From NCBI GenBank assembly GCA_021107635.1, contig JAIOSL010000007.1:36188-100187 (forward strand): a stretch of DNA of 64,000 nucleotides. Direction: 5' to 3'. This stretch comes from an archaeon (GTDB lineage: Archaea; B1Sed10-29; WALL01; JAGHAM01). The notes beneath the pieces were generated by a model. It was given only the letters and a program-made list of their open reading frames with translations. It was not told the origin of the DNA and ran no database searches. Made by a program: the position numbers and the translations under genes. Positions 56,018 through 64,000 of the stretch are shown in pieces (positions within the stretch are counted from its first letter, which is position 1; every line of letters begins with the position of its first letter).

Positions 56018-56935
56018 TTAGCGCGAACAGACATGAATCCAACGTCTGAGCGTTTTATGAACATAAAAATCAAAGCACTGCTCAACCTTCCAGTCATGCT
56101 TTTTCAGGAACTTTGTTAAATCCTGAGGTCCCATTATCACAGCGTTATTCGAATGTTTTTTCATTTTGTCAAAAGCTTGTTCATAAAGTATATCCAAACG
56201 TTTCCCGAAAAGCTGTGAAGACCGTCCATAAGGCAAGTCAGTTACAATGGCATCAAAGTTTTTGCCTTTCCACTCAAAAAAATCTGCTTTCTCTACACTA
56301 CACTTCTTATCCAAGCGAAAAAACCAGAGATTTTCTCTAGCTCCCTCTACCATATTTTCATCCTTGTCCACGCCCACAGCACTAAGGCCCATTACTCCAG
56401 CTTCTAGAAGCACGCCTCCAGCACCACAAAACGGATCTAACACCTTGCCTTGCTTAACACCAGACAAATTAAGCAAAAGTCTCGCCCATTTTGGCTGGAG
56501 AGACGTTGGATGGTAAAATGGTCTGGCATTCACTTTCCTGCAAGACAAAACTTTTTCAGAATACTCATAAACTTGCCTAGTAACATAATGTTTCCTCCCG
56601 TCAGAAAACACTCTAATAACCACTTCAGGATTTTTCAGATTGGCTTTTCCACTGATTCTAGCGCCTACCTCGCGCTCAATTTTCCCAGAAGAAACTTCTC
56701 CAAGCTTAGTGCATCTCACCGCAAAAGAGTCGAAAGTCAGGTCAAGCTCATCAAAATTCTCACCTTCCCACAACAACTCACCAGCAAACTTAGTCATAAC
56801 CAGCCGCTGATATGAATCATCAAATTCAGCTATAACAAAACCCTTTCCCTCAAACTCTATTTTTTTTGCTAAACTCTTAGCTTCAGCTGAAGCCAACTCT
56901 GCATGCTCACGTGTAAAATACAAAAATAAGCGCAT
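56018..56935 (-). CDS. trmG10: tRNA (guanine-10-N2) methyltransferase TrmG10/Trm11
   Basis: THUMP region; RPFYHPTSLQPKWAR, DPFCGAGG, TDLPYGRS and VHKTLRR. Confidence 0.9.
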   Translation of the reverse strand: MRLFLYFTREHAELASAEAKSLAKKIEFEGKGFVIAEFDDSYQRLVMTKFAGELLWEGENFDELDLTFDSFAVRCTKLGEVSSGKIEREVGARISGKANLKNPEVVIRVFSDGRKHYVTRQVYEYSEKVLSCRKVNARPFYHPTSLQPKWARLLLNLSGVKQGKVLDPFCGAGGVLLEAGVMGLSAVGVDKDENMVEGARENLWFFRLDKKCSVEKADFFEWKGKNFDAIVTDLPYGRSSQLFGKRLDILYEQAFDKMKKHSNNAVIMGPQDLTKFLKKHDWKVEQCFDFYVHKTLRRWIHVCSR

Positions 56936-56987
56936 GCCTTTGTTTTTGAGCGCAAAGATTTAAACTTCTAACGCTAAAATTCTATTC

Positions 56988-57602
56988 ATGCGGAAAAAAA
57001 TTGTTTTTACTGAAAAAGAAATTCACGGAAAATTACACAAATTCTTTGATCACGTAGGAGGAAACAAAAAAAGCATTGGTGTATGGGTTCAACCACTTTT
57101 CAAAAAACATAAAGAACATCAAAAAGACTATGATGCAGGCATAAAAAAAGTAATTAGAAATTCCAAGTTTCCTACCATTGCATTAGTAGAAAAGAAAAGA
57201 ATGAAAAAAGTAAAAGAATGGATAGAAAGAACCCACGAAGAAAGTCCATTGAAAAAACCTATTCTGTTGCTAAACGCTGAGATGACTGGACCAGAAACAG
57301 ATATGAACGTCAAGCCAAGTATAGGATTTGATGGTCTTGCAAGACTGTTATCCGGAGAAGCCAAAAACATTTACGTGTTCGGAGAAATGGGAGACTTTAC
57401 TCAAATCTATGACATAAAACAAGGCGAGCGTGCCAAAGATCCTACACTTAACCATCAACTAAAAGGAAGCCGTAAAGAACTGCTTACCGGTTTTTGTGTT
57501 CACAACGTATACAAAAACCTTTATGCGCGAGCTGAAGCACACGATTTTAAAGTACACTATCTCCTAAAACACATTCTCAGAAAACAACCAGTCCACAAAT
57601 AA
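56988..57602 (+). CDS. Hypothetical basic protein
   Basis: 204-aa ORF with a TTTAAA box upstream; no confident family assignment. Confidence 0.7.
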   Translation: MRKKIVFTEKEIHGKLHKFFDHVGGNKKSIGVWVQPLFKKHKEHQKDYDAGIKKVIRNSKFPTIALVEKKRMKKVKEWIERTHEESPLKKPILLLNAEMTGPETDMNVKPSIGFDGLARLLSGEAKNIYVFGEMGDFTQIYDIKQGERAKDPTLNHQLKGSRKELLTGFCVHNVYKNLYARAEAHDFKVHYLLKHILRKQPVHK

Positions 57603-57650
57603 AACCTATAAATACAAAAGACGCGAAAAGATAACCCTCAATTGATTACC

Positions 57651-59540
57651 ATGGCACCAAAAAAGAAAAAACAAAACAATTCACTCCTAAACATGAACAT
57701 AAAAACTACAGCAGACATTCCAATACCCAAAAAAATAGTAGACCAAGTAGTCGGACAAGAAAAAGGAGTCGAACTAGTTAAAAAAGCAGCCAGGCAAAGA
57801 AGAAACGTCTTCCTTCTAGGTGAACCAGGCACAGGAAAATCAATGCTAGGCATTGCCATGGCAGAACTTTTACCAATAAGCAAACTACAAGACATTCTAG
57901 TCAACCCAAACCAAGTAGACCCAAACACTCCACTCATAACAATCATGGAAGCAGGAAAAGGCAGACAAACCGTTGAAAAAATACAAGTATCAAACATGTC
58001 CTCCGGTTTCAACAGACAACTACTCTCATTTGCAGTCTTTATGATAATCTTCATGATACCCTGGATACTATACCACCTAGGATGGATAGAACCAATCATG
58101 GCTGCAGCATCAGTCATAGTAGCAGGAATCATGGGTATTGGCGTTCTGCTAGGATTCCAACTGAAATCAAAAGAATCAGGAGCAGTCCCAAAAGTCCTAG
58201 TCGACAACGGCAAACGCAAAATGGCTCCATTCATAGAAGCAACCGGCGCACGCGCAGGCGCGTTACTCGGTGATGTACGACATGATCCCTTACAAAGTGG
58301 AGGCCTAGGTACACCAGCTCATCTTCGCGTAGAAGTAGGAATGATACACAAAGCTCATATGGGTGTTTTATTTATCGATGAAATCGCAACCCTATCTCCA
58401 AAAAGTCAACAAGAACTGCTTACAGCAATGCAAGAAAAAAAATACTCAATAACAGGACAAAGCGAACTCTCAAGTGGAGCAATGGTACATACAGAAACAG
58501 TGCCCTGCGACTTTGTGCTAGTAGCAGCAGGAAACCTAGCAGACATGAAAAAAATGCATCCTGCACTACGATCTAGAATACGCGGATATGGCTACGAAAT
58601 CTACCTGAACGAAACAATGGAAGACACCCAAAACAACCGAAGAAAAATCGCTCAGTTCATTGCACAAGAAGTCAAAAAAGACGGAAAAATACCACACTTC
58701 ACAAAAGCAGCAATAAACTCAATCATACTTGAAGCAAGAAGACGCGCAGGCAGAAAGAACCGACTTACCGTCAAACTCAGAGAACTAGGTGGTCTGATAC
58801 GTGCATCAGGAGATGTAGCTAAAGCGCATAAAGCCAAATATGTCATGCCAGAACACATAGAAAAAGCCAAAAAACTGGCACGCACAATGGAACAGCAAAT
58901 AGCTGACAAATACATTATCCAGAAAAAAGAATATGAAGTTTTTTCAACAAGAGGTCAAAAAATAGGAAAAGTAAATGGTCTTGGCCTAATGGGTGATGGA
59001 GGCATTATAATACCAATCGAAGCAGAAATAACTCCTGCACTCTCAAAAAGCGAAGGCGATATAATCGCAACAGGCAAACTAGGAGAAATTACTAAAGAAG
59101 CAGTGCAGAATGTTGGTGCAATCATCAAAAAATACAAAGGCAATGACATCTCTAGCTATGACGTACATGTACAGTTTCTACAGACATACGAAGGAGTAGA
59201 AGGCGACTCAGCATCAGTAAGCATCGCCACAGCTTTAATCTCTGCACTAGAAGATATCCCAATAAAACAAAGTATTGCTATGACAGGTTCTCTAAGTGTG
59301 AGAGGAGAAGTTTTGCCTGTAGGCGGAATTACTCAAAAAGTAGAAGCAGCCATTGAAGCAGGAGTCAAAAAGGTAATCATTCCCAAAAGCAACGAAAAAG
59401 ATGTTCTACTAACTGAAAAAGATCTTAAAGGGATTCAAATAATAACCGCAACAAACCTTTTAGATGTAATAGAACATGCATTCCTTGAAGGACCAAAGAA
59501 ACTAGCACTACTGAAACAAATCAAAGAAACACATGCTTAA
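57651..59540 (+). CDS. lonB: ATP-dependent protease LonB
   Basis: GEPGTGKS, two TM helices inside the ATPase domain, DVRHDP, and EGDSAS Ser with its partner Lys. Confidence 0.97.
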   Translation: MAPKKKKQNNSLLNMNIKTTADIPIPKKIVDQVVGQEKGVELVKKAARQRRNVFLLGEPGTGKSMLGIAMAELLPISKLQDILVNPNQVDPNTPLITIMEAGKGRQTVEKIQVSNMSSGFNRQLLSFAVFMIIFMIPWILYHLGWIEPIMAAASVIVAGIMGIGVLLGFQLKSKESGAVPKVLVDNGKRKMAPFIEATGARAGALLGDVRHDPLQSGGLGTPAHLRVEVGMIHKAHMGVLFIDEIATLSPKSQQELLTAMQEKKYSITGQSELSSGAMVHTETVPCDFVLVAAGNLADMKKMHPALRSRIRGYGYEIYLNETMEDTQNNRRKIAQFIAQEVKKDGKIPHFTKAAINSIILEARRRAGRKNRLTVKLRELGGLIRASGDVAKAHKAKYVMPEHIEKAKKLARTMEQQIADKYIIQKKEYEVFSTRGQKIGKVNGLGLMGDGGIIIPIEAEITPALSKSEGDIIATGKLGEITKEAVQNVGAIIKKYKGNDISSYDVHVQFLQTYEGVEGDSASVSIATALISALEDIPIKQSIAMTGSLSVRGEVLPVGGITQKVEAAIEAGVKKVIIPKSNEKDVLLTEKDLKGIQIITATNLLDVIEHAFLEGPKKLALLKQIKETHA

Positions 59541-60826
59541 ACATTGACAATAACAGCATCTCTTATGATAGCAACTTTTCCAAAATTCAAAGAAAACTTC
59601 TTCTCTCCCTGAGAATAATAAAAACGATGATTCTTGTAATCAATCTGATTAATCTCTCCAAGCTTTTTTCTCTTCAAATCTCTAACTTCTAAGCCCTTCA
59701 TAAGTCTTGGCTGAACATACCTTTTGATATAAAGGTATCTAACCACGTTAAAGCCTACCAACGTAAGTAACACACTGAAGCCAAACCACAAAATTAAATC
59801 AGTTAACGAAGGACCATAATCTATAACATTATTCATTAAAAGAACAAACTCGCTTCCAATCGAAACAATAATCGAAAGAGAAACCATTGAAACAATTGAA
59901 CGACCATACCTCTTAATTCTATGCACTTCTTTGCGATAATACATATCTCCAATCCTTCCGAAGAAAAAGAAAATCATTGACAAAGTAAACGGACCGATAA
60001 AACCAAGAATAAAACCAAAACCGACTACTATGGCCATCTGAGGCATACTTTGAGTAAATTCTTCTGGAAGGTCTACTAAAATCGAACTAGTAACAAAATC
60101 ATAACCAGCAAGAAGACTCAATAGGAAAACAATCAAAAATGCTGCATACAACGGAGAACTAGCACGTTCAATAGACGTAGTCTTTTTGAATGCATTCCAC
60201 GTTTTAGCCATTAAATCTTCTATTCCAAAGCCTCTGATGAAAGCATACGATCCTCCAACTATTAACATAATCTTTAAAGCATCTTTCTCCATTCCAAAAA
60301 GCCAAGTGATACCACCTATCAATAAGAGCACTCCTGGCAGACCAAAAATTATCCTAGCAAAATAAGGGTCTTTCAAAACCTCTTTAATAACATAATAACT
60401 TTTCTCAAGTTCTTTCGTCTGCTTTATGATAACAGTCTTAACTGCATCAACTTTTATCCTACTCTGAATAATAGGCATTACTTGTTCATCATCAGCTCCA
60501 TCAGTCACAAGCACTAACGAAGTATACTTGCCCATCTCAAGTAAACCCTCTAAACTCTTCACCACTTCTCTATCTGCTTTAGAACCACGAGTTCTGTGCC
60601 CAACAATAGTTGCAACCTCAACATCCTCTCCATCCTCTTTAAACTCACGATACGTGCTAACAGCCTTATAAATAGCATTAACATCTGATTCAGAAGGATC
60701 AGCCAAAGCAAGTTTTTGCGCAGCATCTAAATTAGCTTTCTCACCGACCAATGGAGCTACAACATTAGCTTTTTTTCCCAGGTCATCATCCCTATCCACG
60801 CAAAGTACTAAAATTTTCTTTTTCAT
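59537..60826 (-). CDS. DUF373 family membrane protein
   Basis: [27 protein letters not shown] and LEKSYY. Confidence 0.9.
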   Translation of the reverse strand: MKKKILVLCVDRDDDLGKKANVVAPLVGEKANLDAAQKLALADPSESDVNAIYKAVSTYREFKEDGEDVEVATIVGHRTRGSKADREVVKSLEGLLEMGKYTSLVLVTDGADDEQVMPIIQSRIKVDAVKTVIIKQTKELEKSYYVIKEVLKDPYFARIIFGLPGVLLLIGGITWLFGMEKDALKIMLIVGGSYAFIRGFGIEDLMAKTWNAFKKTTSIERASSPLYAAFLIVFLLSLLAGYDFVTSSILVDLPEEFTQSMPQMAIVVGFGFILGFIGPFTLSMIFFFFGRIGDMYYRKEVHRIKRYGRSIVSMVSLSIIVSIGSEFVLLMNNVIDYGPSLTDLILWFGFSVLLTLVGFNVVRYLYIKRYVQPRLMKGLEVRDLKRKKLGEINQIDYKNHRFYYSQGEKKFSLNFGKVAIIRDAVIVNV

Positions 60827-60888
60827 AGCGCTTTTACCTACCAAGTTTTTATATATTTCTTACTACTTTAAATATGTAGGTTAAAAAC

Positions 60889-61923
60889 ATGGCACAAATA
60901 GGAAAAGCAGGAAGAGTAACTCCTCTAAAACATGAAAAAAAGCGACCACGAGGAAAAGAAGCAGGATTATTCATAATCTTACTACTATTTTTAGCGATAA
61001 TAGTTTTTGCTGCATTCTATTACCTAAACCACAATCTAATCCTACTAATAGGAGGACTAATAATCCTTTTTATCTTACTCTCACGATCATCTGGATTTGT
61101 TCTAGAATTAACCCAATACGAACGAGCAGTAATCCTCAGATACGGGAAATTCAAGCGGGTCGCAGGACCTGGTTGGATCGTGCTTATTCCATTCATAGAC
61201 GATCCTCATGTAGTAGATACAAGAACGTTCACTTCTAACATTCTTCCACAAAAAGTAATCACAAAAGACAATGTCGTGCTAACAGTAGATGCAATAACCT
61301 TCCTTAAAATCAATGATCCTGAAGCAGCAGTACTAAACATAGAAGAACCAGAACTTGCAGTACGCACTTACGTAGAAGCACACCTGAGAGACATCATAGG
61401 TAAAATGGAACTTGAATCTGTAATAGGACAAGTAGACCTGGTTAACCGATTGCTCAAAAAAGGACTGGAAGATGTAAGCAGAGACTGGGGAATAACAGTA
61501 GTCAAAGTAGAAATCCAAAGCATCACACTACCCCAAGAAGTAAGAGATGCCATGCACCAACGCAAAGCAGCCGAACAACAAAAATATGCTGCAGAAGAAC
61601 AAGCTCAAGCCCACGCCATTAAAATTACTGCAGTACGCGAAGCTGCAGGCAAGCTAACAGACCCCGCATTACAATACCTATATCTGCAAGCACTTGAAAA
61701 AATAGCAGAAGGCAAATCAAGCAAAATCATATTCCCACTAGAACTAACCAGTCTAGCAGCCAAACTCTCAAACAGAGTTGGAGGATCAATGGAAGCAACC
61801 GAAGACGACCTCCGCAAAAAATACGATCAACTCATGCTCGAGAAAACAAGAGTAGGCGGAAAAGTCAAACAAGACGACATAATAAACGAACTTCGCAAAA
61901 GAAATAAAAAAGGAAAGAAATAA
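60889..61923 (+). CDS. SPFH/band 7 (stomatin-like) protein
   Basis: QYERAVILRYGK, VITKDNV, LRDIIG, WGITV and IIFPLEL. Confidence 0.93.
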   Translation: MAQIGKAGRVTPLKHEKKRPRGKEAGLFIILLLFLAIIVFAAFYYLNHNLILLIGGLIILFILLSRSSGFVLELTQYERAVILRYGKFKRVAGPGWIVLIPFIDDPHVVDTRTFTSNILPQKVITKDNVVLTVDAITFLKINDPEAAVLNIEEPELAVRTYVEAHLRDIIGKMELESVIGQVDLVNRLLKKGLEDVSRDWGITVVKVEIQSITLPQEVRDAMHQRKAAEQQKYAAEEQAQAHAIKITAVREAAGKLTDPALQYLYLQALEKIAEGKSSKIIFPLELTSLAAKLSNRVGGSMEATEDDLRKKYDQLMLEKTRVGGKVKQDDIINELRKRNKKGKK

Positions 61924-62382
61924 ATGAACGCCTTTCTAGAAATGCTAGCACTGACACTAGTGCCTTGGATAGAACTTAGAGGCAGCATACCATACGGAAT
62001 TACACAAGGGTTTGATCCACTTCTAGTCTTTGTTTCCTGCGTAGCAACAAACATCCTAATCATGATTCCAACATTTGCCTTTCTAGATCACATATTTCCA
62101 CTAATCAAACACTGGAAAATAGTTGACATACTAGTAAAACGAACACAAAAAAAATCCGAAAAATACGTTGAAAAGTGGGGTTTTCTTGGTCTAGCAATAA
62201 TGGTTGCAATTCCATTACCTTTCACAGGCGCTTACACCGGCGCGCTTGCAGCAAAACTCTTTGGATACAAAAAGAGACAAGCACTAAGCGCAATTTCAGT
62301 TGGAGTAATTGTTGCAGGAATACTAGTACTAACAATCTCATTATTTTTCAAAGAATTAATTCAATACCTGCGCATATTCTAA
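61924..62382 (+). CDS. COG2426 / small multi-drug export family membrane protein
   Basis: PWIELRGSIPYG and VAIPLPFTGAYTG. Confidence 0.9.
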   Translation: MNAFLEMLALTLVPWIELRGSIPYGITQGFDPLLVFVSCVATNILIMIPTFAFLDHIFPLIKHWKIVDILVKRTQKKSEKYVEKWGFLGLAIMVAIPLPFTGAYTGALAAKLFGYKKRQALSAISVGVIVAGILVLTISLFFKELIQYLRIF

Positions 62383-63260
62383 AGAGCTTCAACTATAGCT
62401 CCAATCAAAATACACGTAATAGCTCCAACCAAGAGCAAAAGCGTGTGAAACACTACTTCTTTATCCGGTAATTTATTGCTAATTGAAACCGTTGAAACTA
62501 TGCCCCCAACAAGCCCTGCCATGAAATAAGCAGTAATTTCAAAAATACCATGAGGAATCAAAGACAGGATAGAACAAGGAAGTGCAATCATATAACTAAC
62601 CAAAATATTAGGCCCTCCAACCGCACTACACGCTCCTCCAATAAGTGATTCACACACTGGAGGCAAAGCAGAAGGTACACTAATACTCACAAGTTGACCT
62701 GCTCCTTCCTTAGCAGCAACACCAATTAACACTCCAATGATACTTGCGTTCCAAGTAATAACATAAATTGCTCCAGCACCAAAAATAAAAGAGAATAAAA
62801 CTGTTAACGCTAAAACTCCCAGATTATTCTGCAAAATCAAAAAAAACCCTGGCCCACCAATAGCATTACCAGTTCCCAAGCTTCTAATAACTCTTAACTC
62901 ATTCAACTGAGCAGAAAAAATCTTTGAAGAACTCTCTTCAGGCAGCAAAGCAAACAACAAAGAAAAAATCACTATTATTCCCAAAAAATAATACGAGTAA
63001 GTCTTAATTATAATCCAATAACCGCCAAAAAAAGGCCCGACTTTCTGTACTTCATCTTTTTGTTCTTCCATTTGAATGATTCTCACAAGAATCGGAGCCA
63101 TAGCAATACAACAAAAAGCAACAGCCAAGTGCGGCAGTTCATCGCCACTGCTAATCAACGAAGCCATTGTAATAGAAATAGCTCCAATAGCCAAAGCCAT
63201 AAAAAACATTTCATAACTTCTCTGTTCAAGAACTTCTGGTTTTATGAGAGACTCAAGCAT
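62379..63260 (-). CDS. SpoIIM-family membrane protein
   Basis: ILQNNL, WNASIIG, PHGIFEI and GAIVE. Confidence 0.88.
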   Translation of the reverse strand: MLESLIKPEVLEQRSYEMFFMALAIGAISITMASLISSGDELPHLAVAFCCIAMAPILVRIIQMEEQKDEVQKVGPFFGGYWIIIKTYSYYFLGIIVIFSLLFALLPEESSSKIFSAQLNELRVIRSLGTGNAIGGPGFFLILQNNLGVLALTVLFSFIFGAGAIYVITWNASIIGVLIGVAAKEGAGQLVSISVPSALPPVCESLIGGACSAVGGPNILVSYMIALPCSILSLIPHGIFEITAYFMAGLVGGIVSTVSISNKLPDKEVVFHTLLLLVGAITCILIGAIVEAL

Positions 63261-63293
63261 CAACTATTCATTCTCTATCATTATTTAAATACT

Positions 63294-64000
63294 TTAGCCG
63301 AAGAACTCAACAATGCTTTTCACAGCACGTTCAACGTTCAAAGGAGAATAACCTCCCTCCAAAACGAAAAAACAGTTCCGGCTTTTTATCAGCTCACAGA
63401 CCTGCAGATAGCTGTGTTCCGTCAACTCAAAACCACCTAACGGATCTCCTCTCATAGAATCAAAACCAGCTGATACTCCAACATACTCAGGATCAAACTC
63501 TTTTAAGGCTCTTTCAAGAACCGGCTCTAACACCCTCAAATACTCCTCATCGTTTGTGCCAGCACTCAAAGGCAAGTTTGTACAGTTAGCAACACTCTCC
63601 AATCCAGTGCCAGGATAAAACGGGCTTTGGTGCGTAGAAATATACTGAATTCCAGGTTTTCCAACTACCAACTCTTGCGTGCCATTACCATGATGTACAT
63701 CCCAATCCACAATCAACACTTTCTTTCCCATGTTAGCTAATCGCACAGCAGCAATAGCCATATTATTAAACAAGCAGAAACCACCTCTTGGAGCATGATG
63801 TCCAGGAGGCCTCACCAGTGCGAAGCCGCCTTCCTCAGATGCTTTCACAGTTCCACCAACCGCAAAGCACGCGCTCTCAAAACTTTTTTGACTGGTCATC
63901 GTGTCAATATCCAAAGATACTTCTCTCTCACAAGCCTGTCTAACACGCTCAATATACTCTTGAGAATGCACTAATCCTAAAAATTCTTCGCCACTCTCAG
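63294..64000 (-). CDS. Histone deacetylase-family protein (5' end lies beyond the window)
   Basis: RPPGHHA, GFCLFNN, DWDVHHGNGTQ, SAGFD and LEGGY; frame stays open to the window edge. Confidence 0.94.
   Translation of the reverse strand, partial: ESGEEFLGLVHSQEYIERVRQACEREVSLDIDTMTSQKSFESACFAVGGTVKASEEGGFALVRPPGHHAPRGGFCLFNNMAIAAVRLANMGKKVLIVDWDVHHGNGTQELVVGKPGIQYISTHQSPFYPGTGLESVANCTNLPLSAGTNDEEYLRVLEPVLERALKEFDPEYVGVSAGFDSMRGDPLGGFELTEHSYLQVCELIKSRNCFFVLEGGYSPLNVERAVKSIVEFFG

Noticed and set aside
57638-58234. 198-aa minus-strand ORF
   Set aside because: Antisense shadow of lonB.
14317-59540. Inteins in rfcS, topA, cdc48 and lonB (common archaeal insertion sites)
   Set aside because: All four are normal length with contiguous motifs and no intein splice-junction signatures.

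Overview
Compact, AT-rich archaeal chromosome segment with about 70 genes and no rRNA operon, complete tRNA, CRISPR array, transposase, integrase or intein that I could see. The information-processing genes are archaeal (ABCE1/Rli1, pelota, RFC small and large subunits, RadB, CDC48, LonB, archaeal-type PheRS, Taw3, TrmG10). The short NFACT/Rqc2 protein, DUF5654 and the style of the hypothetical proteins suggest a DPANN lineage (Micrarchaeota/Iainarchaeota-like), but this is inference only. Most of the window is housekeeping: a folate-dependent purine/C1 cluster, tRNA modification, proteolysis, and six pilin-like genes, five with recognisable class III signal peptides. Two regions stand out. 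(1) 19.8-24.4 kb, between pyrG and topA, holds a wHTH + RelE-like pair bracketed by permuted palindromic repeats, next to an operon of glutamate-cysteine ligase (GCS2), circularly permuted ATP-grasp ligase and amidohydrolase, a candidate gamma-glutamyl peptide or glutathione-like synthesis and turnover system. (2) 54.5-55.0 kb holds a promoter, a 29-aa leader ORF, a wHTH gene and a tRNA-5'-half-like hairpin with a UCA anticodon-like loop. Codon third-position strand bias also appears to flip in kb-scale blocks. All family assignments come from reading motifs by eye, not from database searches.
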